Assembly (NCBI RefSeq): GCF_963921235.1
Contig: NC_086098.1
Coordinates: 5,146,001-5,210,000 of the forward strand
Origin: Mobula hypostoma
Taxonomy: Eukaryota
Reading direction: 5' to 3'
DNA: 64,000 bases
Part shown: positions 36,241 through 49,348 of the stretch, piece after piece
How the letters are laid out: each line of letters begins with the position of its first letter
Position numbering within the stretch: position 1 is the stretch's first letter
Made by a program: the position numbers and the translations under genes
Notes under the pieces: generated by a model
Databases searched by the model: none
The model's input: the letters and a program-made list of their open reading frames with translations, nothing else
Told to the model about the DNA's origin: nothing

Positions 36241-37520
36241 TTCCTTTCTGGCTGGCTGCCAATGACTAGTGGTGTTCCACAAGGGACTGTTTGGGGACTG
36301 ATTTAGATCATGGAATTGATTGCTTTGTTGCAAAGTTTGCAGATGATATGAAGATAGGTGGAAGGGCAGGTAGTTTTTAGGAAGAAGAGAGGCTACAGTA
36401 CTTAGACAGATTAGGAGAATGAGCAAAGAAATGGCAGATGGAATATAATGTTCGGAAGTGTATGGTCATGCATCCTGTTAGAAGAAATGAAAGGGCTGAC
36501 CATTTCCTAAATGGAGAGAAAATACAAACAACTGAGGTACAAGGGGACCTGGGGGTCCTTGTGCAGGATTCCCTAAAGGTTAATTTGCAGGTTGAGTCAG
36601 TGGTGAGGAAGGCAAATGCATTGTTAGCATTCATTTCAAGAGGACTAGAATATAAAAGCAAGAATATAATATTGAGACTTTATGAAGCACTGTTGAGGCC
36701 TCACTTGGAGTATTGTGAGCAGATTTGGGCCTCTTATCTGAGAAAGGATGTACTGAGACTGGAAAGGGTTCATGAAAATGATTCCAGGATTGAATGACTT
36801 GTCATATGAAGAGTGCTTGATGGCTCTGGGCCTGTATTTGCTGGAATTCAGAAGAATGAGGGGTGACATCATTGAAATCTGTCAAACGGTGAAAGGCCTT
36901 GATAGAGTGGATGTGGAGAGGATGTTTTCTATGGTGGGAGAGTCTAAGACCAGAGGACACAGCCTCAGAATAGAGAGATGTCCTGTTAGAATGGAGATGA
37001 AGAGGAATTTGTGCAGAATCTGCAGAATTCATTGCCACAGGCAGCTGTGGACGTCAAGTATTTAAGGCAAATTCTCGATTGGTCAGGACATGAAGGAATA
37101 CAGACAGAAGGCAGGAAACTGGGGCTGAGAGGAAAATTGAATCAGCCATGGTGAAGTGGACTCGATGGGCCGAGTGGCCTAATTCTGCTCCTGTGTCTTG
37201 TGGTCTTATATCACTCTGCCGTTAAACCCTTATGTCCCTTTAGAACGGAGATGAGGAGGAATTTCTTTAACCAGAGAATGGCAAATCCATGGAATTTATT
37301 CCCACTGGCAGCTGTGGAGGCCGAGTCATTGGAAGTATGAAAAACAGGGATTGACAGGTTCTTGATTAGTGAGAACATTCAAGGTTAAAGAGAGAAGGAA
37401 GGAAAATGGGGTTGAGAGATTATAAATACAAAAGAGTCTGCAGATGCTGGAAATCCAAAGCAACATACACAAACACCGAAGAAACTCAGCAGATCAGGCA
37501 GCATCTTTGGAAATGAATAA

Positions 37521-37558
37521 ACAGTCAACGTTTCAGGACAAGACCCTTCCTCAGGACT
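37521..37558 (-). ncRNA. Minimal type I hammerhead ribozyme motif
   Basis: AGTC-CTGAGGA-AGGGTCTTGTCCT-GAAA-CGTT-GACT. Confidence 0.7.
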
Positions 37559-37561
37559 AAG

Positions 37562-40500
37562 GAACATAGAAACATAGAAAATAGGTGCAGGAGTAGGCCA
37601 TTGGGCCCTTCGAGCCTGCACCACCATTCAGTATGATCATGGCTGATCATCCAACTCAGGACAAGCCAGCAAGCACTGTGAGGGTCATGTTTTTTGACTT
37701 CTGCAGTGCGTTCAACACCATCCATCCTGCTCTGCCAGGGGAGAAGCTGACAACGATGCAGGTGGATGCTTCCCTGGTATCATGGATTCTTGATTACCTG
37801 ACTGGCAGACCACAGTACGTGTGCTTGCAACACTGTGTGTCCGACAGAGTGATCAGCAGCACTGGGACTCCACAGGGGACTGTCTTGTCTCCCTTTCTCT
37901 TCACCATTTACACCTCGGACTTCAACGACTGCACAGAGTCTTGTCATCTTCAGAAGTTTTTTGATGACTCTGCCATAGTTGGATGCATCAGCAGGGGAGA
38001 TGAGGCTGAGTACAGGGCTACGGCAGGAAACTTTGTCACATGATGTGAGCAGAATTATCTGCAGCTTAATGTGAAAAAGACTAAGGAGCTGGTGGTAGAA
38101 CTGAGGAGGGCTAAGGCACCGATGACCCCTGTTTCCATCCAGGGGGTCAGTTTGGACATGGTGGAGGATTACAAATACCTGGGGATACGAATTGACAATA
38201 AACTGGACTGGTCAAAGAACACTGAGGCTGTCTACAAGAAGGGTCAGAGCTGTCTCTATTTCCCGAGGAGACTGAGGTCCTTTAACATCTGCTGGACAAT
38301 GCTGAGGATGATCTACGAGTCTGTGGTGGCCAGTGCTAACATGTTTGCTGTTGTGTGCTGGGGCAGCAGGCTGAGGGTAGCAGACACCAACAGAATCAAA
38401 AAACTCATTCGTAAGGCCAGTGATGTTGTGGGAATGGAACTGGACTCTCTGACTGTGGTGTCTGAAAAGAGGATGCTGTCTAAGTTGCATGCCATCTTGG
38501 ACAATGTCTCCCATCCACTACATTATGGACTGATTGGGCACAGGAGTACATTCAGCCAGAGACTCAATCCACCGAGATGCAACACAGAGCGTCATAGGAA
38601 GTCATTCCTGCCTGTGGCCATCAAACTTTACAACTCCTCCCTTGGAGGGTCAGACACCCTGAGCCAATAGGCTGGTCCTGGACTTATTTCCTGGCATAAT
38701 TTACATATTATTATTTAATTATTTATGGTGCAACTGTAATGAAAACCAATTTCCCTCGGGATCAATAAAGTATGACTATGACTATGACTATGACTATGAA
38801 CCCTGCACCTGCCTTCTCTCCATACCCCCTGCTCCCTTTAGCCACAAGGGCCATATCTAACTCCCTCTTAAATATAGCCAATTAACTGGCCTCAACTGTT
38901 TCCTGTGGCAGAGAATTCCACAGATTCACCACCCTCTGTGTGAAGAAGTTTTTCCTAATCTCGGTCCTAAAAGGCTTCCCCTCTATCCTCAAACTGTGAC
39001 CCCTTGTTCTGGACTTCCCCAACATCGGGAACAATCTTCTTGCGTCTAGCCTTTCCAATCCCTTTTGGATCTTATACGTTTCAATCAGATCCCCCCTCAA
39101 TCTTCTAAATTCCAACGAGTACAAGCCCAGTTCATCCAGTCTTTCTTCATATGAAAGTCCTGCCATCCCAGGAATCAATCTGGTGAACCTTCTTTGTACT
39201 CCCTCTATGGCAAAGATGTCTTTCCTCAGATTAGGGGACCAAAACTGCACACAATACTCCAGGTGTGGTCTCACCAAGGCCTTGTACAACTGCAGTAGTA
39301 CCTCCCTGCTCCTGTACTCGAATCCTCTCGCTATAAATGCCAGCATACCATTCGCCTTTTTCACCGCCTGCTGTACCTGCATGCCCACTTTCAATGACTG
39401 GTGTATAATGACACCCAGGTCTCGTTGCACCCCCCCTTTTCCTAATCGGCCACCATTCAGATAATAATCTGTTTTCCTATTTTTGCCACCAAAGTGGATA
39501 ACTTCACATTTATCCACATTAAATTGCATCTGCCATGAATTTACCCACTCACCCAACCTGTCCAAGTCACCCTGCATCCCCTTAGCATCCTCCTCACAGC
39601 TAACACTGCCACCCAGCTTCGTGTCATCCGCAAACTTGGAGATGCTGCATTTAATTCCCTCGTCTAAGTCATTAATATACATTGTAAACAACTGGGGTCC
39701 CAGCACTGAGCCTTGCGGTACCCCACTAGTCACTGCCTGCCATTCTGAAAAGGTCCCGTTTATTCCCACTCTTTGCTTCCTGTCTCTATCCACCAATTCT
39801 CAATCCACGTCAATACCTTACACCCAAAACCATGTGCTTTAAGTTTGCACACTAATCTCCTGTGTGGGACTTTGTCAAAAGCCTTTTGAAAATCCAAATA
39901 TATCACATTCACTGGTTCTCCCCTATCCACTCTACTAGTTACATCCTCAAAAAATTCTATCGGATTCGTCAGACATGATTTACCTTTCACAAATCCATGC
40001 TGACTTTGTCCGATGATTTCACCACTTTCCAAATGTGCTATTATCACACCTTTGATAACTGACTCTAGCATTTTCCCCACCACTGATCTCAGGCTTACTG
40101 GTCTATAATTCCCCAGTTTCTCTCTCCCTCCTTTTTTAAAAAGCGGGGTTACATTAGCCACCCTCCAGTCCTCAGGAACTAGTCCAGAATCTAAACAGTT
40201 TTGAAAAATTATCACGAATGCATCCACTATTTCTTGGGCTACTTCCTTAAGCACTCTGAGATGCAGACCATCTGGCCCTGGGGATTTATCTGCCTTTAAT
40301 CCCTTCAATTTACCTGACACCACTTCCCTACTAACATGTATTTCCCTCAGTTCCTCCATCTCACTAGACCCTCAGTCCCCTACTATTTCTGGAAGATTAT
40401 TTATGTCCTCCTTAGTGAAGACAGAACCAAAGTAGTTATTCAATGGGTTTGCTATGTCCTTGTTCCCCATGATCAATTCACCTATTTCTGACTGTAAGGG

Positions 40501-41068
40501 ACCTACATTTGTCTTAACCAATCTTTTTCTTTTCACGTATCTATAAAAGCTTTTACAGTCAGTTTTTATGTTCCCTGCCAGCTTCCTCTCATAATCTTTT
40601 TTCCCTTTCCTAATTAAGCCCTCTGTCCTCCTCTGCTGGACTCTGAATTTCTCCCAGTCCTCAGGTGTGCTGCTTTTTCTGGCTAATTTGTATGTTTCTT
40701 CTTTGGAATTGATACTATCCCTAATTTCCCTTGTCAGCCACGGGTGCACTACCTTCCCTGGTTTATTCTTTTGCCAAACTGGGATGAACAATTGTTGTAG
40801 TTCATCCATGCGATCTTTAAATGCTTGCTATTGCATATCCACCGTCAACCCTTTAAGTGTCATTTGCCAGTCTCTCTTAGCTAATTCACGTCTCATACCT
40901 TCAAAGTTACCCCTCTTTAAGTTCAGAACCTTTGTTTCTGAATTAACTATGTCACTCTCCATCTTAATGAAGAATTCCACCATATTATGGTCACTCTTAC
41001 CCAAGGGGCCTTGCACAACCCTTCCTCATTGCTCAATACCCAGTCTAGAATGGCCTAGAATGGGTTCC
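37562..41068 (-). mobile_element. 5'-truncated CR1 (3' UTR split by Rex A)
   Basis: Tail at 37562-37580; CCAACTCAG|AACCC rejoins across Rex; ORFs 38882-39796, 39760-40359, 40372-40809. Confidence 0.93.
37660..38798 (+). mobile_element. Rex1/Babar-type LINE family A
   Basis: VRVMFFDFCSAFNTI, GTPQGTVLSP, FFDD; ORF 38071-38670; (ACTATG)4 tail. Confidence 0.92.
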
Positions 41069-41959
41069 TCAACATGTCCTTCTCAAGGACAGAAAAGGAA
41101 GGGGAAAAATTCCAGAATTAAAAGGTTGGGGGTGGAGAAAGAGGCTAGCTGGAATGTGATAGCTGAAGCCAAGCGAGTGGGAAAGGTCAAGGGCTAGAGA
41201 AGAAAGAATCTGATTTGTGAGTGGACAGTAGGAGAAAAGACAGGAGGAGGGGACCCAGGGGGAAGTGATAGGCAAGTGAGCAAGAGTAAAAGGTCAAAGT
41301 GGGGAATAGAGTGGGGACGGAATTTGGTTACCAGAAAGAGAAATTGATATTCATGATATCAGGTTGGAGAGTATCAAGACAGAAGAGATTATTGACATTG
41401 GTGCCAATTGTCAATTGCTTATGGTTGTTTGCACTATTATCTTCTAAATTGTTGGCGGCTATTGTGTTTCTGTTACGGTATTGTCCTCTGTTTTATGCTT
41501 GGCATCGAAGAACAATCAATCAATTCTGGTACGTTTCACAGACTGACAATGAAGTGATTCTGAGAGAGAAAATCAGTCAGCTGTGACGGAGCAGATTCGA
41601 TGAGCCAGATGGCCTAATTCTGCCCCACTATCTTATGGTCTCATGTGAATGAAAAAGAGCTGAGTGGATTATTTTGGACTGGAGAACTTCAGTCATGCAT
41701 CTCATCGACTCTCAACACCAGAACTCACAGATTCAGATTTAGATTCATTCATTTATCACATGTACATTGAGACATAGACTGAAACATGTAGTTTGTGTTA
41801 ACAACCAACACAACCTGAGGATGTACTGGAAGCAGCACGTAAGGTTTGCCACACGTTCCAGCATCAACATAGCTGCAATGGTGCTCGACTATGACTACTT
41901 TGGGCTTATCTGTGGAAACTGCTTAACTTCTACCTTTAATTCCCACTTTCCTTCCTTTT

Positions 41960-42778
41960 CAAGGTAGACTATGTTCTGCTGATGACTTATAGCTATGCTC
42001 AAACTTCGGTTCTTTGTGGCGGAGAGACCCACTCCCAGAGCTCATCGACAGACTGTTTTCTCAATATCCCAAGGATGCAGCCTGGAAGACGAGAGTGCCC
42101 TCAGGGTTCCGAGGCTTCGCACCCTGGGGATGAGCCAATTCTGTGCCATGGCTGCTGTCTGAATTGTTGCAGAAGGTAAAGGAAAATCGGAAATAGCAGA
42201 TCAGCTGTTGGGGGATTGGTACTCGGTGAATCGCGCGCTCTCTGTCTTCCTCTTGTTGGTGGGGGAAAGTCTGTTGCCAATCCTCGAGTCAGAGAACTCA
42301 GAATAAAAGCGACATGGCAGACCCTATCACCTTAAATTGGCGAGTTGTTTTGTTTATGACTCCCCCTCCCTGTGAAAGTGTGACACCCTTCTCCCCGTGA
42401 AAGTGTGACACCCTTCTCCCCCTTTAGTTGGAGAGAAAGAGTTGTATGTCAAATTGTCAGGGTGAACAATTAGTTTTTGTTGTTCTGCAGATCATTGTCT
42501 TTCTTGGGGGGCTTTGCTATTCCGTGCTTGGTGGGTGGAGGGTGTTGTGCTGATGCTTTTTGCTGAAGTAAGTGGGGGAAGGGGGAGGGTCGTTGTTTAG
42601 CTGCTGCTTGTGCGTGGGAGGGAGGAGTAGGGGAGGTCTTTGAAGTTGTAATGTTTTTACTGTCACTCATTCTTTGGGGCACTCTTCTGTTTTTGTGGAT
42701 GTCTGCGAAGATCAAGAATTTCAGGTTGTATATTGTATACATTCTCTGATATTAAATGGAACTATTGACCTATTGAAC
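41960..42778 (+). repeat. Probable non-autonomous LINE-tailed element containing a 25-bp tandem duplication (42372-42421)
   Basis: GC-rich 5' part; Rex-like 3' end AAGAATTTCAGGTTGTATA..ATTAAA..(CTATTGA)2; GTGAAAGTGTGACACCCTTCTCCCC twice. Confidence 0.45.
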
Positions 42779-43309
42779 AGCAGCAATGAAACAACTGCAG
42801 CCTAACAAATCCTACACCCCCTCTCCCACCCACTCACAAACACAGACAGTCTTCAAACCCCCAGGACAGGGGTGCTCTGGGCCTGCAGTCTTTAGTTGAC
42901 TTACAAACTCACTAACATTGGACCTCCAACTTCCCCAGTGGTCTTGCAGATCTTCAGACCAGGCCCTCAGCCGCTGGGCCCCAACACCCGCATGGGATTG
43001 GTTCAAAAGCAAATCAAATCAAATCCAGCTTAATTATCATTCAAACCATACACAGATACAGCTGAATGAGACAGTGTTTCTCTGGGGCCAAGGTGAAAAA
43101 CGTTCAAAATAGCAAGCAAACATTCAGAAAAAATGAGTAACAGATTCAAAGTATATTCACTCCATAAAGACATATATATTATATAGTCCAAGAGCTTGAG
43201 CAATAATGTCCAGCAGTCAATGATACAGACTCCCAGCACTGTACAGATGCACACCGTCCAGCCTGTCATTCCACTGCTCAAACACAGGAGGACAGCACTG
43301 ATGGAAGAG

Positions 43310-44318
43310 TAAACACAAAATAATCTGCAGATGCTGGGGTCAAAGCAACACCCACAACGCGCTGGAGGAACTCAGCAGGTTGGGCAGCATCCGTGGAAAC
43401 GATCAGTCGACGTTTCGGGCCGGAACCCTTTGTCAGGACTGTAGAGAGAAGGGGCAGAGGCCCTATAAAGAAGGTCGGGGAAGGGTGGGAAGGAGAAGGC
43501 TGGTAGGTTCCAGGTGAAAAACCAGTAAGGGGAAAGATAAAGGGGTGGGAGAGGGGAGGCAGGGAGGTGATAGGCAGGAAAGGTGAAGAAGGAATAGGGG
43601 AAAACACAATGGGTAGTAGAAGGAGGCGGAACCATGAGGGAGGTGATAGGCAGCTGGGGGAGGGGGAAGAGTGACATAGGAATAGGGGAAGGGAGGGGGA
43701 GGGAATTACCGGAAGTTGGAGAATTCTATGTCCATACCACAGGGCTGGAGACTACCTAGACGGTATATGAGGTGTTGCTCCTCCAACCTGAGTTTAGCCC
43801 TATCATGGCAGTAAAGGAGGCCATGTATGGACATATCCGAATGGGAATGGGAAGCAGAGTTGAAGTGGGTGGCTACTGGGAGATCCTGTCTGTTGTGGTG
43901 GACGGAGCGGAGGTGCTCGACGAAGCGGTCCCCCAATCTGCGTCGGGTTTCACCGATGCAGAGGAGGCTGCACCGGGAGCACCGGATGCAATAGATGACC
44001 CCAACAGACTCACAAGTGAAGTGTTGCCTAACCTGGAAGGACTGTTTGGGGCCCTGAATGGTGGCAAGAGAGGAGGTGTAGGGACAGGTGTAGCACTTAT
44101 GCTTACAGGGATAAGTGCCGGGTGGGAGATCCGTGGGGAGGGACGTGTGGACCAGGGAGTTGCGGAGGGAACGATCCCTGCGGAAAGCGGAGAGGGGTGG
44201 AGAGGGAAAGATGTGCTTAGTGCTGGGGACCTGGCACCTACCAGCCTTCTCCTTCCCACCCTCCCCCCACCTTCTTTATAGGGCCCCTCCTGACGAAGGG
44301 TCTCGGCCTGAAACGTTG
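43310..44318 (-). mobile_element. Penelope-like element, 5'-truncated, with GIY-YIG endonuclease remnant and inverted pseudo-LTR arm
   Basis: VIYCIRCSRC..CIGETRRRLGDRFVEH..VATHF..EEQHLIYRLGSLQPCG (about 43706-44005); inverted arm 44226-44318; 13-bp TSD ACTGATGGAAGAG at 43297-43309 and 44319-44331. Confidence 0.92.
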
Positions 44319-44496
44319 ACTGATGGAAGAGGCCAGGCCCCAGCTGAGCTTGGACGCCACGCTGTAAACGCTTCCGCATCTCCCACCTGGCCTGCAGCAG
44401 CAGGCAAGCGTGAGGCTTGTGGCCTAGTTCTCCCTACGACCATGGCTATGCAGTTCCCATGTCAACTGTCCTACCACCAGACAAGGGTAATAGGCC

Positions 44497-44677
44497 ACAA
44501 ACAAGAGAAAATCTGCAGATGCTGGAAATCCGAGCAACACACACACAAAATGCTGGAGGAACTCAGCAGACCAGGCAGATCCTACGGAAAACAGTACAGT
44601 CGACGTTTTGGGCCGAGACCCTTCGGCAGGACAGACAGTCGACACCTCGGCCCAAAACATCGACTGCACTTTTTTCT
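44497..44677 (-). mobile_element. Short Penelope-like insertion with inverted arm
   Basis: TSD AAGGGTAATAGGCC (44483-96) / AAGGGTAACAGACC (44678-91); mutated hammerhead and its partial inverse. Confidence 0.8.
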
Positions 44678-45725
44678 AAGGGTAACAGACCTGCAGCAAC
44701 TTACATTATCACTGTCCAACAGAGTCTTGTGATCGCAAGTGAAGTGTCAGAGGCAATCTCCCATGGTTATACTGCTCCAAATCCGATGCTTCTGAGTAGC
44801 AGGCGCTGGGGTCTGCAGCCAGGTCATCTCCTCCGAACCCAAGCCGGTTCCTTCGGTATCCTGACAGGCTCCTCCCGTATCCCAGCTGCCTCCTTTCCCG
44901 ATAACCCAACCAGCTCCTTTGTTACCTCAGCTGTTCCTCTCCACCATTCCAGCCTCCGACATCCTGGCCAGCCCCTTCGACTGCATGGCGGTCTCCGCCA
45001 CCAACACTGGTCCAGCTACTCCAATCAATGAACAGCTCACTGATGGGGTAGCCCTGCAGTACCCGACGTTCTTGGAGCAGAGTTGTGTCTGAATCGTAAA
45101 AAACTAACTTTACAAAGAAAAATTGCTGTGTTTGCATCTGCCGCCATCCTACTGCAAGCAAAGAGAAAGGCCATGCTTGTTGCCCTGCTCTGCTCCTTGT
45201 GCGTGTAGGAGTGTGCAGCTAAATCAGCGCTGTCTCCGTGCTGCCCCCAGCTCGTACTTGGACTGTTGTTGACGCAAACGTCACATTTCACTCCACGTTT
45301 TGATATTTCGATGTACATGTGACAAATATAGCAAACCTTTAATCTTTATCTTTAACACTACCAAGTTTACTGATGATGCTACTGCTATCAGCTGGATTGA
45401 CAAAAATTATGGGATGGAGACCTTCTGCTAAGATGGCAGTGCATTCAGACAGAGCAGCCTCTCCAGGTCAAATAAAAGGAGTATTTGTTCTCCTCATATT
45501 TCTTTTTTTATGTTTGCAAGTCCCTGCTAGATACTAAGAACATTGAGTACTGAACATGAAGTGTATAATAACTACCCCATCTGCAAGCTGCTCCATAGCG
45601 ATCGAGCTGGATTTGTGTACCGTTGGACGGTGCACAGTGTGAGTGATTGTCTAGGATGTTTTGATTGAGATCGCAAGGCCCTGTGATGTAGAAGTCTGGT
45701 TCACTGGTTCATTGGCAAAGCTGAT

Positions 45726-46287
45726 GTCTCTATTTCCTGAGCAGACTGAGGTCCTTTAATATCTACCAGATGATGCTGAGGATGTTCTACGAGTCTGTGG
45801 TGGACAGTGCGATCATGTTTGCTGTTGTGTGCTGGGGCAGCAGGCTGAGGGTAGCAGACACCAACAGGATCAACAAACTCATTCGTAAGGCCAGTGATGT
45901 TGTAGGGATGGAACTGGACTCTCTGACGGTGGTGTCTGAAAAGAGGATGCTGTCCAAGTTGCATGCCATCTTGGACAATGTCTCCCATCCACTACATAAT
46001 GTACTGGGTGGGCACAGGAGTACATTCAGTCAGAGACTCATTCCACCGAGATGCAACACAGAGCGTCATAGGAAGTCATTCCTGCCTGTGGCCATCAAAC
46101 TTTACAACTCCTCCCTTGGAGGGTCAGACACCCTGAGCCAATAGGCTGGTCCTGGACTTATTTCCTGGCATAATTTACATATTACTATTTAACTATTTAT
46201 GGTTTTATTACTATTTATTATTTATGGTGCAACTGTAACGAAAACCAATTTCCCCCGGGATCAATTAAGTACGACTATGACTATGAC
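45726..46287 (+). mobile_element. Rex1/Babar-type LINE family A, 3' fragment
   Basis: ORF 45770-46144 ending GGSDTLSQ*; GACTAT tail. Confidence 0.92.
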
Positions 46288-46789
46288 AATCTCCATTGCC
46301 TCAGTTGTGGTGAAGACTAGGCTGAAGCTGCAGGCTTGCCTGTTGCAGCCACTTAGGAGGGGAGATACCGAGGTGGAATAGGGGAAGTCTTGCTGGAAGA
46401 CCTCCAGAATCCATACTTGGGTTGGGGGCTGACCTTCCCACCCCCACCGCCCGTCAGTGCTGCCCTCCTGTGTTCGCTCAGTGGAAGAGCAAGCTGTGCC
46501 AGGACAACTTGCCATCAATTCTCCCATCCTGTAGCCCCGGAACTTGGGCTACGTTATTTGCTTTTTTTTTGTGACTGTATAGTTTTTTTTCTGAAATCGT
46601 AACCAAATGTGCAATTTGTGCCATGTGCAGCTTGCTGTGTGCTGTTGGTAATGTGTCTTGCACCTTGGCCCTGGAACAATGCTGTTACCAGGAAGTTTGC
46701 AGGTATCCATAATCATCTGTCCCCTCCACACTGTTGCAGTGATCAAGAAAGCACATCAGCTTACACACTATTTTTAGGCATCAGAGAAG

Positions 46790-47525
46790 AATTGGCTTGC
46801 CCACAGAGATTCTCTCGAACCTCCACAGATGTGCTATAGGCAATATCCTCGTGGGTTGCATTTCAGCCTGGCACAGCAACTGCTCTGCTCTAGACTGATA
46901 GAGCCTGAGAGGTGAGCACTGTCCAGCGCATTGGAGGCTTGTCGCTTCCTTCAATCCAGACCATCGGCAGGACAGAATCGTCAAGGATGCCTGCCATCAT
47001 GGCCACTCCTTTCTTGCCTCTATCTTCAGGACGAAGATACAGGAGCTTAAAATCCTGGATGGTCAGATGCAAGAACAGCTTCTTCCTCACAGCTGTCAGC
47101 TTGAGGAGATTAAGTATGTCACCAAGCACTTGCAAGTTTCTACAGATGTACCATGGAGAGCTTTCTAACTGGTTCCATCACCATCTGGTATGGAGGGGCC
47201 ACTGCCCAGGATTGGAAAAATGCTGCAGAAACTTGTAAATTCAGTCAGCTCCATCATGGGCACTAGTCTCCCCGGCATCTGGGATATCTTCAAGGAGCGA
47301 TGCCTCTAAAATGCGGTACCCATCATTAAGGACCCCCATCACCAGGGCATGTCCTTTTCTCACTGCTACCATCAGGAGGGAAGGTACAGAAGCCTGAAGG
47401 CACACACTCAATGATTCAGGAACGGGTGCTTCCTCTCCACATCAGGTTTCTAAACGGACAGCAAATCCATTAACACTACCTCACTATATATTTTTTTCTG
47501 TTTTGCATTGCTTAAGTTAATTACA
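46790..47525 (+). mobile_element. Two adjacent old Rex-type 3' fragments
   Basis: LPLSSGRRYRSL..KNSFF motif, then a second ESFLTG..PSGGK copy. Confidence 0.65.
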
Positions 47526-47529
47526 TCTG

Positions 47530-47785
47530 TCATCATCATCATGTGCCGTGTTGTATGACGTAGATGATTGTGGTGAGCAGGATTATTCTGGGAAAAGTTT
47601 TCTATAGAAGTGGTTTGTCATTACCCTCTTCTGGGCAGTGTCTTTACAAGACGGGTGACTCCAGGCATTATCTATACTCTTCAGAGATTGTCTGCCTGCT
47701 AAACATGTGCTACACCTTGCCCAAGGGTGACCTGCAGGCTAGCGGAAGGGAGGGCTGGGCTTATGCCTCCTTTGGTAAATACGTA

Positions 47786-47786
<1 letters not shown>
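47530..47786 (-). mobile_element. SINE-like remnant with RTE-type 3' motif
   Basis: Minus strand AGAAGAGGGTAATGACAAACCACTTCT resembles the RTE/Bov-A 3' motif; (TGA)n tail. Confidence 0.5.
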
Positions 47787-47865
<79 letters not shown>

Positions 47866-47902
47866 TATATTATATAATTATATCTATATATATATATATA
47901 TA
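47786..47902. repeat. Compound microsatellite (CT)n(AT)n(GT)n plus AT-rich tail
   Basis: Directly visible. Confidence 0.95.
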
Positions 47903-48080
47903 TTCCTTACTGTAATTTACGGCTTTCATTATTATATATTGTAGCTACTGCTACAAAACAACAAATTCCACAGCATATGCTGGTGATCTTAAAGCTGAAT
48001 GTCAGTCTGAGACGCCTGAACCCGTCATCTCTTTCACTTTGCCTTCCTGGTGGCGCCTACATGTTCTCTAACACTAATTC

Positions 48081-48777
48081 TAGTGTGGAGGAGCAGAGGG
48101 ATCTGGGGGTACATGTCCACAGATCCCTGAAAGTTGCCTCACAGGTAGATAGGGTAGTTAAGAAAGCTTATGGGGTGTTAGCTTTCATAAGTCGAGGGAT
48201 GGAGTTTAAGAGTTGTGAGGTAATGATGCAGCTCTATAAAACTCTGGTCAGGCCACACTTGGAGTATTGTGTCCAGTTCTGGTCACCTCACTATAGGAAG
48301 GATGTGGAAGCATTGGAAAGGGTACAGAGGAGATTTACCAGGATGCTGCCTGGTTTAGAGAGTATGCATTATGATCAGAGATTAAGGGAGCTAGGGGCTT
48401 TACTCTTTGGAGAGAAGGAGGATGAGAGCAGACATGATAGAGGTGTACACGATATTAAGAGGAATAGATAGAGTGGATAGCCAGCGCCTCTTCCCCAGGG
48501 CACCACTGTTCAATACAAGAGGACATGGCTTTAAGGTAAGGGGTGGGAAGTTCAAGGGGGATATTAGAGGAAGGCTTTTTATTCAGAGAGTGGTTGGTGC
48601 GTGGAATGCACTGCCTGAGTCAGTGGTGGAGGCAGATACACTAGTGAAGTTTAAGAGACTACTGGACAGCTATATGGAGGAATTTAAGGTGGGAGCTTAT
48701 ATGGGAGGCAGGGTTTGAGGGTCAGCACAACATTGTGGGCCGAAGGGCCTGTACTGTGCTGTACTATTCTATGTTCT
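48081..48777 (+). mobile_element. CR1 3' fragment with 20-bp flanking duplication
   Basis: RDLGV..RPHLEYCVQFWSP..; ATGTTCTCTAACACTAATTC (48061-80) / ATGTTCTCGAACACTAATTC (48771-90). Confidence 0.9.
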
Positions 48778-49348
48778 CGAACACTAATTCAACCTCTGCT
48801 ATTATTGCCCGTTCAGCATTTCTTTGTGCACTACTTTGCACCTTTCTGTTGTCTTTGTGCTTGCCACTGAATTATTTTTGCTGTATTTTTCATTACTTTT
48901 ACTCCCTGAGCAAGTGATTGAATTTGACATCTGAACGCATGCTGTCATTCCCCTGAAAGCAGTGACCATGTGCAGGATAAAGGAGAGAAGAAAATGCATG
49001 GAAAATAATAAAGAACACATAAAATGGAGAAGGAACTCAGCAGGTCAGGCAGCGTTTATGGAAAGGATTATACAGTCAGGTTTTCAGGCTGAGACCCTTC
49101 ATTAGGACCCAAATGAAAAAATAAATTTTGCAGACTGTCCAAATCTGAATCATAGTATCATTTCCAGGTAATAACTGGACTTTCTTTTGTCAATTTTGAT
49201 TCAATAATCTAGGTGAGCCAATGAAACAAATTGACAGCACCAGTCTCTATAGAATTTTAAAGGAATTTTAGACACAAGAGATTCTGCAGATGCTGGGAAT
49301 TCAGAGCAACACACACAAAATACTGAAGGAACTCAGCAGGTCAGGCAG

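Larger units (their letters stand above)
31530..37207 (+). mobile_element. Old CR1 ORF2 (pieces about 31530-31717, 34312-35587, 36241-37207)
   Basis: GDFNMQVDW..EPTR, then KSPGPDG, LDFQKAF, RPHLEYC with many stops and frameshifts. Confidence 0.85.
37423..41385 (-). mobile_element. Penelope-like 3' remnant (37423-37561 and about 41076-41385) split by CR1
   Basis: Pseudo-LTR with hammerhead at 37521-37558; purine-rich 3' UTR and GIY-YIG C-terminal remnant resume at 41076. Confidence 0.7.

Noticed and set aside
43772..45031. Several 168-205 aa ORFs
   Set aside because: Alternative frames over GC-rich Penelope remnants; only the GIY-YIG frame has motifs.
47690..47786. Third HDV-like ribozyme in the RTE-type SINE remnant
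   Set aside because: I could not assign P1/P2/P3 or J4/2; the copy appears internally deleted.
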